Assembly: GCF_002075285.3 (NCBI RefSeq)
Contig: NZ_CP021983.2
Span: 1,620,001 to 1,652,000, forward strand
Reading direction: 5' to 3'
DNA length: 32,000 nt
DNA from: Halomicronema hongdechloris C2206
GTDB lineage: Bacteria; Cyanobacteriota; Cyanobacteriia; Phormidesmidales; Phormidesmidaceae
Shown: positions 19,142-28,171 of the stretch, in pieces
Position numbering within the stretch: position 1 is the first letter of the stretch
Layout: every line of letters begins with the position of its first letter
Notes under the pieces: generated by a model
Told to the model about the DNA's origin: nothing
The model's input: the letters and a program-made list of their open reading frames with translations, nothing else
Database searches by the model: none
Translations under genes and position numbers: made by a program

Positions 19142-21043
19142 ATGTCTTCAAAAAAATTTTTTTTAGATTTACTTTGGCTGGGCAAGAGTTTGACCATCCT
19201 CTTGGCTACCATTTTTGCTGCCCTGGCGATCGCCACTTTCATCCTCGTTTTGCGGGGGAATTCACCACCAAGTTTGGTTTGGATTGTGCTTGTCCTAATA
19301 GGATCGCTGCTTTTATTTGTAGTGGCGATTCAACTCATCTATGCCAATAGTTGGGCTGGAACCCCTATCATTCTGAAGCCTACCCATACAGGTACAGTCA
19401 TTAGCCTCATTTTTGTGCAAGGAGAGGGTATCCCAATTGAGCGATATCGCCAGATAGCAGAGGCAATTCAATCGACAGCCTCCGACTTAGCAATTTGGGT
19501 GGGCATTCCGCAGTTTATTGGAGATTCTCCGATTCCGCGGGAAACTGGATTAGCAATTAATAAGGTACTCCAGCAGATGAAGCAGGAAGGAATGCCGGAG
19601 ACTGAAAACCAATTCTTTATTGCCCACTCTGTTGGTGGGATTGCTCTGCAAAAGTATCTCAAGGCTTTTCCCAAGCGTGTTAAAGGGCAAATATTGATGG
19701 GGTCCTTCCTAGGAAAGTGGAATCTCTCAAAGCTGGATGAGGCAGGGAAAACAATCATTGATTATCCTGTTCCGACTTTGACCATTGGTGGAACATTGGA
19801 TGGCTTGGCTCGAATTACTCGGATTGCAGCAGCCTTTTGGTATCAACAGATCAATTCATCCCAACCGACCGACCAGCAGAACTTTCCGGTGGTCACTATT
19901 GATGGTGCCAGCCATATGCAGTTCGCCTCCGGACCACCGACTTCTTTTGTGGCTGATTTTGACCTTAAACCTGGTGATGGGGTCGAAGATACTGACGTTC
20001 ATCAGCAGGTCGGTCAGTTGGTGTACAACTTTATGGGTACAAGGTTATCTACTTCCCAGTCTGAAGGTAGTTTGAAGTTTTTGAGTGCCGAACGAGAAAA
20101 GACCCATCAGGACGTAAAGCCTATTATCGACGCACTCAAATTAGAGGGATACAACGGCTTTAAACCGGCTTGTTACAACAGTCAGTTGGATAATACTCGA
20201 ACAGATCCGAAATGCACGCCATATTCCCCGTGGATTCAAGATAAGGCGAATGAGATTATGGCTGGCAATGACTTATCTCCTGTCTCATTCAGTTTAGAGG
20301 TCAAGGATAGTTTTCATCGTTCTTACTCCATCAATCCCGTTCATCTCCCAAATATCAAGAATTATTGTGGAGGCAAAGAACCTTGTACTTTGCAGGTTAA
20401 TAGCGTTACCCAAGCTCTCTATAATCTATTTGATTTTTTTGATGCAGGCTTTTTCCCAATCTCAGCCTTCTCGTTGCGAACAAAGCTCAATTCCCGACAG
20501 AGATTTTGGTACCATGCTGCTAGCGCTAGTGGAGATGAGCGTCCCTATCCGGATTTCCAGAAGACTGATGGAGCTTCTATCGGGGCTGAAATCAATCAAC
20601 AGGTTTATAAATGGGCTTTAGATCATGCAGGGGATAAGCCGCGTGACTATTTCAATAAAGTTGGTGTGCCAATGGAGATGGGAAAAGATGTGGTACCGTT
20701 CGTTTCAGCGGGACCCGTCTTTCTTTTGAATTACCCTAAATACAATTATGTATCCAATTATGTATCCAAAGACGGATTGCAGTCTTTTCAGGTTAGAGCA
20801 GGAGCGATGAAAACCTCTCTTAGCTATCCACTCAAGGTTTCAAGTGGTTTTCATTATTGCCAGCTTCTTTCTCCTGCTGCTGCTATGGAGTGGATCTATG
20901 TTGATGGCTTACGGCCTAAAGCTTCTATTTCTGGTGACACGGTTGTTTACGGTCCTTTTGGAGGTATTATAAGAACCCTCAGGTTTGTTTTACGGGGATT
21001 ACTCCGTCAAACCAGAACCAAGGGCCTATTCAAGCGGGTGTGA
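19142..21043 (+). CDS. Membrane-anchored alpha/beta-hydrolase (lipase/esterase-like) with a large C-terminal domain of unknown function
   Basis: 633 aa with two N-terminal TM helices. It has the nucleophile elbow FIAHSVGG, a candidate acid in TIGGTLDG, and a candidate His in DGASHMQF. The remaining roughly 330 aa are unassigned. Confidence 0.65.
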   Translation: MSSKKFFLDLLWLGKSLTILLATIFAALAIATFILVLRGNSPPSLVWIVLVLIGSLLLFVVAIQLIYANSWAGTPIILKPTHTGTVISLIFVQGEGIPIERYRQIAEAIQSTASDLAIWVGIPQFIGDSPIPRETGLAINKVLQQMKQEGMPETENQFFIAHSVGGIALQKYLKAFPKRVKGQILMGSFLGKWNLSKLDEAGKTIIDYPVPTLTIGGTLDGLARITRIAAAFWYQQINSSQPTDQQNFPVVTIDGASHMQFASGPPTSFVADFDLKPGDGVEDTDVHQQVGQLVYNFMGTRLSTSQSEGSLKFLSAEREKTHQDVKPIIDALKLEGYNGFKPACYNSQLDNTRTDPKCTPYSPWIQDKANEIMAGNDLSPVSFSLEVKDSFHRSYSINPVHLPNIKNYCGGKEPCTLQVNSVTQALYNLFDFFDAGFFPISAFSLRTKLNSRQRFWYHAASASGDERPYPDFQKTDGASIGAEINQQVYKWALDHAGDKPRDYFNKVGVPMEMGKDVVPFVSAGPVFLLNYPKYNYVSNYVSKDGLQSFQVRAGAMKTSLSYPLKVSSGFHYCQLLSPAAAMEWIYVDGLRPKASISGDTVVYGPFGGIIRTLRFVLRGLLRQTRTKGLFKRV

Positions 21044-21460
21044 GTTCGATCGGACGATCTCGTAGGATGGGTTGAAATATAAAACCTATCATCCACAGAC
21101 GTTTGCGGGTCTAACCATTCAATGAAGCGGATGCTACGAGGATCACGGGCGCCTATTTTGCCTCGAAGGTGTTGTCGCACCGCTTATCTCATAGTTAGGC
21201 AGCTACGCCCCCGGCAATTGATCCTAACCACGAAAGAGTGATTGAACCGAAAGCCTGAAAGTCTTGATTAGCAGAGTGTATCATCCTAGAAATTTCCTGT
21301 TTGATTACCGCATAATTATTGATGTCCAACTCGCAATCTTTAAGGACATGATCGATGATCGCGAGTGTGGAAACCCCAATCTCTGCATAGTCAGAAAAAC
21401 CTCTGAATTCAACCTATCCGCCATTTTGCAAGAGGTCTCTTAAAGCATGAAAACGTATCT

Positions 21461-24274
21461 ATGACTGTCTCGGCGAGACCGATTACTTCAGAACTCCCTT
21501 TCCTGGAGACCAAGCTCTACCTCCCCAAATGGTCTGCTGACTTGGTCTCGCGCTCGAGACTGATCGATCGCATTCACCCGCAGCGCAAATTAACACTGGT
21601 CTCAGCCCCAGCCGGTTTTGGCAAAACGACGCTGCTAGCAGAATGGGTAGCTGCCGTACCAACGAGACCCGTTGCCTGGGTTTCCTTAGACCAGAGTGAC
21701 AATGATCCTGGTGTTTTCTGGACCTATCTGATCACCGCTCTGCATAAAATTCAACCCAGCCTCGGTGAGCGATCGCTCTCGTTACTGCAATCACCACAGC
21801 CCCCCTCAATTGAGTCGGTCTTGATGACGTTGCTCAATGAGCTGACTGCCGTTGAAGCGGAGTTTGTTCTGATCCTTGATGATTATCATGCGATCGCAAC
21901 CCAGGCCATTCATGATGGGATCGGCTTTTTGCTCAGCCATTTGCCGCCCCAAATGCATTTAATGATTGCCAGCCGTGCTGACCCGCCCTTATCTCTGGCG
22001 CGGTTAAGGTCTCACGGAGAATTGACCGAGCTCAGGGTGAGCGACCTGCGGTTCACGCCGGAGGAAGCGGCGGCTTTTCTTAACCAGGTGATGGGGTTAG
22101 AGGTTTCGGCGGCGGACGTGGCCGCTTTAGAGAAGCGGACCGAAGGCTGGATCGCCGGGCTACAGCTCGCGGCGCTATCCCTGCAAGGGCGCGAGGATAT
22201 CCCTGATTTTGTGGCGGCTTTTTCGGGGGACGATCGCTACATTGTGGACTATCTGATGGAAGAAGTCCTACAGCGGCAAAGCGATCGGGTCCGTCACTTT
22301 TTGCTGCAAACAGCCATTTTGGAACGGTTGAACGGTTCTCTTTGTGATGCCGTCACCGACCAAAACGATGGCCAGGACATGCTGGAAACGCTGGAGCGTG
22401 GCAACCTGTTCATCATCCCACTGGATAACAAGCGCCAATGGTACCGTTACCATCACCTATTTGCCGATGTGCTCCTGGCTCATGCTCGGATAGAGTGGCC
22501 AGACCGCCTGCCCAGCCTGCATGGACGAGCCAGTGAATGGTATGAGCGGCGTGAGCTGATCTCTGAGGCGATTCGTCATGCCCTGGCCGCTCAAGATTTT
22601 GAACGAGCGGCTGATCTGATCGAGCCGGTGTGGCCCACCCTGCGCAATCGCCAGCAGGAAGCCACGGTGCTGAGCTGGATGAAGGTGCTGCCTGACTCGC
22701 TGATTCGGGCTCGCCCCATTCTGAGCGTGGCCTATGCGCTGGTATTGCTGAACGCTGGCCAGCTAGAGGGGATTGAAACTTATTTACAAGATGCTGAACG
22801 AGCGTTAGCACAGTTGGCCGACAGTCCTGCCGCCGTCCAGGCACAACGGATCGCGGTAAATGAAGCGCAGTATCGGTTTTTACCCGCTTCCATTGCCAAT
22901 ACCCGGGCCTTTCGAGCCCAAGCGCTGGGTGATTTCGCCAGCACCATCACCTATGCCCAACAAGCGATGACGCTGTTACCTCCCGATGAGGGGTATGAAT
23001 GGGGCACGACCGCTGCCTTCCTCGGTTTGGCTTACTGGTCTAGCGGCAATGTAAAGACCGCGCACCGATCCTTCGCTGAGGGATTGATGGTATTTCAAAA
23101 GCTAGGCGGCATCCAAATTGCAGTCTGTGGCACCTTAGTTCTTGCAAATATGGGGATGGCGCAGGGGTGGCTACGGGCAACAGCCAAAACCTGCGAGCAG
23201 GCCTTACAACTGGCAGCGCAACAGCGTGTGCCAATTCTGCAGGGGACAGCAGATCTGCATTTGGCGTTAAGCGAGATTCACTACGAACAGGGGGATCTAG
23301 AGGCCGCTAGCCAGCTACTACAAAGGGGTGAGGCCCTGCGTGAGCGGGTACCAGGCGCTGACGGCGCTGACTATCTATGGTGGCTAGTCAAGGCTCAATT
23401 AAAAGCAGCTCAGGGAGACCTAAACACTGCCCTTGACCAACTGCACGAGTCCGCGCGGCTGTATCGACGATCGCCCGTGCCGAATGTGCGCCCAGTCGAG
23501 GCCCTGCAGGTGCGGTGGTGGTTGCGGCAGGGCCGGTTGGCTGAAGCCCTAGACTGGGTGCGGCAGTGCGGTTTGTCGGTAGACGATTCGCCAAGCTACC
23601 TGCGGGAATACGAACACCTGACCCTGGCCAGAGTTGCGATCGCTCAGTACAAACGTGACAACACTGATGAGTTGATCCATCCGACAATTAGCCTCCTGAC
23701 TCGACTGCTGGCCGCCGCCGAAGCCCAGGAGCGCCCTGGCAGCATCATCAAAATTTTAGTAATTCTGGCTTTAGCTCATGAGGCTCAGGGGGATGTTTCG
23801 GCTGCGATTTCATCCCTAGAACGGGCCTTGCTCCTGGCCCAACCAGAGGGCTACGTCCGCATCTTCGCAGAATGTGGAACCCCGATGGGACAACTGCTAC
23901 AGGAGGCCATGACTCGCGGCATCACCCCCACCTACACCCAACGGCTATTGACCGCCTCAGCAACCTGGGGCCAGCAGCCCAAAGCGCCATCCGTATCCTT
24001 TGACAAAGCACAGAACGAACTCAGGGCAGGCTCCGCCTCACCCCCTCACCCCCTCTCCCCCTCATCTCCTCATCTCCTCATAGAACCCCTCAGCCAACGA
24101 GAACTGGAGGTGCTGCGACTACTCAATACCGAACTCTCTGGCCCAGAAATCGCCCGTGAACTAGTCGTGGCCTTGAGTACCGTGCGCACCCATACCAAGC
24201 GGATTTACAGCAAACTCAATGTCACTAATCGGCGGGCTGCTGTGAAACGAGCGATAGAGCTAGAGCTGATTTAG
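21461..24274 (+). CDS. MalT-like STAND ATPase / LuxR-family transcriptional regulator
   Basis: 937 aa with Walker A (SAPAGFGKTTLL) and Walker B (FVLILDDYH), a long helical/TPR-like sensor region, and a C-terminal LuxR HTH (LSQRELEVLRLLNTELSGPEIARELVVALSTVRTHTKRIYSKLNV). Confidence 0.9.
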   Translation: MTVSARPITSELPFLETKLYLPKWSADLVSRSRLIDRIHPQRKLTLVSAPAGFGKTTLLAEWVAAVPTRPVAWVSLDQSDNDPGVFWTYLITALHKIQPSLGERSLSLLQSPQPPSIESVLMTLLNELTAVEAEFVLILDDYHAIATQAIHDGIGFLLSHLPPQMHLMIASRADPPLSLARLRSHGELTELRVSDLRFTPEEAAAFLNQVMGLEVSAADVAALEKRTEGWIAGLQLAALSLQGREDIPDFVAAFSGDDRYIVDYLMEEVLQRQSDRVRHFLLQTAILERLNGSLCDAVTDQNDGQDMLETLERGNLFIIPLDNKRQWYRYHHLFADVLLAHARIEWPDRLPSLHGRASEWYERRELISEAIRHALAAQDFERAADLIEPVWPTLRNRQQEATVLSWMKVLPDSLIRARPILSVAYALVLLNAGQLEGIETYLQDAERALAQLADSPAAVQAQRIAVNEAQYRFLPASIANTRAFRAQALGDFASTITYAQQAMTLLPPDEGYEWGTTAAFLGLAYWSSGNVKTAHRSFAEGLMVFQKLGGIQIAVCGTLVLANMGMAQGWLRATAKTCEQALQLAAQQRVPILQGTADLHLALSEIHYEQGDLEAASQLLQRGEALRERVPGADGADYLWWLVKAQLKAAQGDLNTALDQLHESARLYRRSPVPNVRPVEALQVRWWLRQGRLAEALDWVRQCGLSVDDSPSYLREYEHLTLARVAIAQYKRDNTDELIHPTISLLTRLLAAAEAQERPGSIIKILVILALAHEAQGDVSAAISSLERALLLAQPEGYVRIFAECGTPMGQLLQEAMTRGITPTYTQRLLTASATWGQQPKAPSVSFDKAQNELRAGSASPPHPLSPSSPHLLIEPLSQRELEVLRLLNTELSGPEIARELVVALSTVRTHTKRIYSKLNVTNRRAAVKRAIELELI

Positions 24275-24282
24275 GCGTTTGT

Positions 24283-24347
24283 CCCCACAAGCCCCATCCA
24301 TAAATCCCCACATTTAACCCCCACATGTGGGGACACCGGCTCCCCAT
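24283..24347. promoter_or_regulatory. Cluster of CCCCA(C/T) motifs including the perfect 14-bp palindrome CCCCACATGTGGGG
   Basis: CCCCACA occurs at 24283 and 24306, and CCCCAT at 24292 and 24342. The palindrome is at 24319-24332. All lie between the regulator stop (24274) and the next start (24433). Confidence 0.5.
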
Positions 24348-24432
24348 ATCCGTTCGTACTTTTGAGTTGTAAACGGCAGTCGTGATTAGAGCAGGCGATC
24401 GCGAAGCGCTGACGTGTCAGTTCGCAACTCCC

Positions 24433-24717
24433 ATGAACCAACCAAACCGTTCAACCAACGATCATCTCCCCCTTGAACAGTATGAAATTTGTGTCAGGGG
24501 CCATCTTGATCCTCGTTGGAGCAATTGGTTTGAGGGATTCGAGATCGCCCTCAAAGACAACGGTGAAACGCGGTTATCTGGCCCGGTTGTTGACCAGGCT
24601 GCGCTTTTTGGACTGCTGATGAAAGTACGCGATTTGGGACTACCGCTGGTCTCGGTGAATTCGACTCAGGCTGAACGAACAGAACTCTCAGACAGGCAAA
24701 CAGGAGAACACCCATGA
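24433..24717 (+). CDS. Small conserved hypothetical protein
   Basis: The likely ATG is at 24433 within ORF 24382..24717. YEICVRGHLDPRWSNWFEGFEI...LSGPVVDQAALFGLLMKVRDLGLPLVSV matches a widespread uncharacterised family that I recall next to LuxR-type regulators. Its stop overlaps the next start (ATGA). Confidence 0.6.
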   Translation: MNQPNRSTNDHLPLEQYEICVRGHLDPRWSNWFEGFEIALKDNGETRLSGPVVDQAALFGLLMKVRDLGLPLVSVNSTQAERTELSDRQTGEHP

Positions 24718-25148
24718 ATTTGCAGAAGCAGATATTGACGATAGAGATGAAAGCGATGCTCTCGACCCTGTGGATGTTTTATCTCTTCAACGTCATCTTT
24801 CGAGATATCCACGAATTTATTGAACCGGGTTTCATTGAACAGGTGATGACCGGGACCATTGATGGCTTTCAAATTACCGAACCGCTGCTGCTGTTTGGGG
24901 GGTTTGTGGCCGAAGTGCCGATCTCGATGGTGCTGTTTTCCCGGCTCTTACCCTACGGCCCCAACCGCTGGGCCAACATCATCGCCGCCGTGATTACCCT
25001 CGGGTTTGAAATCAACAACGGCACCAGCGATATGGACGATACGTTTCACATGGTCATCGAAATGGCCGCTTTGTGCTTCATCATTTGGTCGGCCTGGCGG
25101 TGGCGAAATCCATTTCCCAAATCCTACTCCACTACCCAGGAGACATAA
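24714..25148 (+). CDS. Small integral membrane protein, DUF6326-like
   Basis: 144 aa with four hydrophobic helices and an N-terminal LSTLWMFYLFNVIFRDIHEF motif. The family name is from memory. Confidence 0.55.
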   Translation: MNLQKQILTIEMKAMLSTLWMFYLFNVIFRDIHEFIEPGFIEQVMTGTIDGFQITEPLLLFGGFVAEVPISMVLFSRLLPYGPNRWANIIAAVITLGFEINNGTSDMDDTFHMVIEMAALCFIIWSAWRWRNPFPKSYSTTQET

Positions 25149-25151
25149 GTC

Positions 25152-25802
25152 ATGAACGCATCAGCTAAATTTTGGAACAAAGTTGCCGACGGTTATGTCA
25201 AACAGCCGATCGCGGATGAAGCCGCCTACCAAAAGAAATTGCAGGTTACGCGAGACTATTTTCAGCCCAGTATGAATGTGCTGGAATTTGGCTGCGGCAC
25301 TGGCTCAACCGCCCTGGTCCATGCCCCTTATGTGCACCATATTCGAGCGATTGATTTCTCAGTCAACATGATTGCGATCGCTCAAGCAAAAGCCGCTGAA
25401 CAGAACATTCAAAACGTCACCTTTGAGCAAGCCAGCATTGACGAATTGAGCGTCCCGGACGGCACTTACGATGCTGTCTTGGGCCTGAATGTGTTGCACC
25501 TGCTCGCTGATAAGGAAACCGCGATCGCCAAGGTTTATAAAATGCTCCAACCAAGCGGAGCTTTCATCACCAGCACCATCTGCATGGGGGATACGATGGC
25601 TTGGTTCAAGCTGATTGCCCCCATCGGTAAAGCCTTGGGACTGTTTCCGCTCGTCAAGGTCTTCACCGTCAAAGACTTAGAGACCAGTTTGACCGATGCG
25701 GGGTTTGAGATCGACTACCAGTGGCAAGCGGGAGATTACCAATCGCCTATTGGTAACGCCAAGATCGTATTCATCGTGGCCAAGAAACCTGAGCCGCGTT
25801 AA
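25152..25802 (+). CDS. Class I SAM-dependent methyltransferase
   Basis: Motif I is VLEFGCGTG. A post-I acidic residue (IRAIDFS) and LKPSG-like motif (MLQPSGAF) are also present. Confidence 0.85.
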   Translation: MNASAKFWNKVADGYVKQPIADEAAYQKKLQVTRDYFQPSMNVLEFGCGTGSTALVHAPYVHHIRAIDFSVNMIAIAQAKAAEQNIQNVTFEQASIDELSVPDGTYDAVLGLNVLHLLADKETAIAKVYKMLQPSGAFITSTICMGDTMAWFKLIAPIGKALGLFPLVKVFTVKDLETSLTDAGFEIDYQWQAGDYQSPIGNAKIVFIVAKKPEPR

Positions 25803-25815
25803 GGAAGGAATTCCG

Positions 25816-26336
25816 ATGAAAAAAGTGCTGTATTTGGCAATACGGGGGCCGGAAAATCCACCCTCAGCCGACGTCTAGGGGACATAACCGGACTCCCCTG
25901 GGTGCCCCTCGATTCGATCCAATACCGGCCCGGCGGCGACGAAGTGCCCCATGCCGAGTTCAAGGCCGCGCATGAGGCGCTGTTGCAACAAGACCAGTGG
26001 ATCGTCGATGGCTTTGGGTCAATGGATACCGTTTGGGAACGACTGAACGTGGCCGATACCCTGGTGTATCTCGATATGCCCGTATGGCGGCATTACTGGT
26101 GGGTGACAAAGCGATTTTTGACCGGCCTTTGGGTGCATCCTGCCGGTTGGCCGGAGGGGAGTTCATTGCTAAAAGGGACGCTAAAGTCTTACCCCACCGT
26201 CCGGCTGTGCCATGCCAAACTGACCCCCAAATATCGAGAGTATGTGGCGCAAGCGAAGGCAACCCAGCAGGTCTATCACTTGCGATCGCGCTCAGATATC
26301 GAGCAGTTCTTTCAAACGGTAGCAGCCGAGTTCTAG
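25816..26336 (+). pseudogene. P-loop NTPase/kinase (adenylate-kinase / topology-modulation-protein-like), frameshifted after the start codon
   Basis: The AAGGAAGG RBS and ATG at 25816 give MKKVLYLAIRGPENPPSADV*. Frame 0 from 25836 reads GNTGAGKSTLSRRLGDITGLPWVPLDSIQY... and continues into ORF 25902..26336. Adding one A to the A6 run (25819-25824) gives MKKSAVFGNTGAGKSTLSRRLG. Confidence 0.75.
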
Positions 26337-26409
26337 CCATAAGTGCTGGGGCAGTCGCTAAGGAATATGGCAGACGGCCCCGTTCAACCATCATTTTTGA
26401 AAACTAGCC

Positions 26410-27336
26410 ATGAAGATCTTTATTGCTGGTGCCTCAGGCACCATCGGTCACGCGTTGATTCCTCAATTAGTCCAGGCTGGCTATGGGGTTACAGCGTTAT
26501 CTCGCACACCGCAAAAGCTCCACACCCTGAAACAGATGGGGGCAACGCCAGTGTTAGGCGATGTGTTTGACCGCCCACATCTCAACCAGCTGATCGCTGA
26601 CGCGGCACCGAATGTGGTGATTCATCAGCTCACCCGTCTGGGAAGTCAGGCCCAAGATCCCTTCACTGAAACCAATCGCCTTCGCACCGAGGGCACAGCG
26701 AATCTGATTCATGCTGCCCAGCGTGCCCAAGTTCAACGGTTCATTGCCCAAAGCGTGGCGTTTCTGAGTCATTCACCCAGGGGTGAACTCACCCATGAAG
26801 CGACGCCTCTCTATCTGAATGCCCCACCTCCTTTAACGTCTGTGGTCGAGGCTGTTGGGAGTTTAGAACAGCAAGTGTTGTCGTTAACTGAAATGACGGG
26901 GGTGGTGTTGCGGTACGGTCACTTCTACGGACCGGGTACCTACTACGCCAACGATGGCGCGATCGCGATCGCGGTTCGCCAAGGGCAATATCCCATCGTT
27001 GACCAGGGAACCGGAACGTGCTCCTTTGTTCACATTGAAGACGCCGCCACGGCAACGGTACAGGCGATTACCCAAGGTGCATCGGGTATTTATACCATCG
27101 TTGATGATGAGCCGGTGTTGCTGCGGCAATGGCTCTCAGCCTATGGTCGCTTACTCCAAGCCCCTGCTCCGCCTGTGCTCACAGCGGCAATGGCCCGTAC
27201 TCAGCTCGATCCCATTTCGCTCTACTTTGCCACGCAACAACAAGGAGCCGTCAATCAAAAAGCTCGGCAAATTTTAGGCTGGCAGCCTCGTTACGCAAAC
27301 TGGCACGCTGGGTTTCAAACCATGCTGGCCGCCTAA
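26410..27336 (+). CDS. NAD(P)-dependent epimerase/dehydratase-family (extended SDR) protein
   Basis: The N-terminal Rossmann motif is MKIFIAGASGTIGHALIPQL. At 308 aa the length is typical. Confidence 0.85.
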   Translation: MKIFIAGASGTIGHALIPQLVQAGYGVTALSRTPQKLHTLKQMGATPVLGDVFDRPHLNQLIADAAPNVVIHQLTRLGSQAQDPFTETNRLRTEGTANLIHAAQRAQVQRFIAQSVAFLSHSPRGELTHEATPLYLNAPPPLTSVVEAVGSLEQQVLSLTEMTGVVLRYGHFYGPGTYYANDGAIAIAVRQGQYPIVDQGTGTCSFVHIEDAATATVQAITQGASGIYTIVDDEPVLLRQWLSAYGRLLQAPAPPVLTAAMARTQLDPISLYFATQQQGAVNQKARQILGWQPRYANWHAGFQTMLAA

Positions 27337-27435
27337 CCAAACCATGCAGGGGCGCGGCGCTCTGATGTGGACGTTGCCGCCCTGTTGTTGAAGACCTGTG
27401 AGGAAATCGTGGCCCAAAAATCGAGGTAAATCGCC

Positions 27436-28080
27436 ATGAATCTGCAACTGGATCACGTTTTTATTCTGGTGGAACCGGAAGCTGAGGTGGCAGACCGACT
27501 GCTGGAATCGGGGTTTCAAGAAGGGCCGAGCAACACCCACCCTGGTCAGGGCACGGCTAACCGTCGGTTTTATTTTGCCAATGGCATGCTGGAGTTCATT
27601 TGGGTGCGCGATGCCCATGAGGCCAAAACTGGCCCTGGTCGAGATTTACAGTTTCCGAAACGCTCTGAAGACCCAGCCGCCTCACCGTTTGGCATCATCT
27701 TCGTGCCTCGCCAAAACGCGACCAGTGGCGATCGCCCCTTCCCCGGCTGGCATTATCAACCGGCCTACTTTCCACCGCCCCGAGGCTTCCATGTAGGGGC
27801 CAACTCCCACAACCTGACCGAACCGCTTTGTTTCTACTTCCCGTTTTACGATCCGGGGGTACCCAAGCCGCAGCCCCAGCGGAACCCCCAGACGATCAGT
27901 GACATCGTGATTGCGACTCCCGCAACCGATACCACAGGGGTGTTAGCCCTGGCGTCCCAATGCGATCGCCTCTCCATCTGTTTCGGTCCTGCCCATCTCA
28001 TGGAAATCACGTTGGACAATCACGCCGCCGGACGTACGGAAGATTATCGTCCTGCCCTGCCGCTCATCCTGCGTTGGTAG
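27436..28080 (+). CDS. Glyoxalase-like / VOC-superfamily domain protein
   Basis: LDHVFILVEPEAEVADRLLESGFQEGPSNTHPGQGTANRRFYFANGMLEFIWV fits the glyoxalase-like domain pattern from memory. Confidence 0.6.
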   Translation: MNLQLDHVFILVEPEAEVADRLLESGFQEGPSNTHPGQGTANRRFYFANGMLEFIWVRDAHEAKTGPGRDLQFPKRSEDPAASPFGIIFVPRQNATSGDRPFPGWHYQPAYFPPPRGFHVGANSHNLTEPLCFYFPFYDPGVPKPQPQRNPQTISDIVIATPATDTTGVLALASQCDRLSICFGPAHLMEITLDNHAAGRTEDYRPALPLILRW

Positions 28081-28171
28081 ACGAGCCTGGTTTTTTCAGC
28101 CCTTACAGCCATTGAACTGAACTAACTCGACGACCTGTATCGCCCTCTGGAATCAGAGGGTCAATTTCATC

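Noticed and set aside
21195-21413. A 73-codon open frame on the minus strand (..FSDYAEIGVSTLAIIDHVLKDCELDINNYAVIKQEISRM..GSIAGGVAA*) upstream of the LuxR-type gene
   Set aside because: It has no ATG or GTG near its 5' end (the first ATG is at codon 44) and I recognise no family. It may be a gene remnant, but I cannot support a call.
25960-26570. ORFs 25960..26394 (minus), 25997..26407 (plus) and 26343..26570 (plus)
   Set aside because: They overlap the P-loop kinase and SDR genes off-frame or antisense. They have an Arg/Ala/Pro-rich composition and no motifs.
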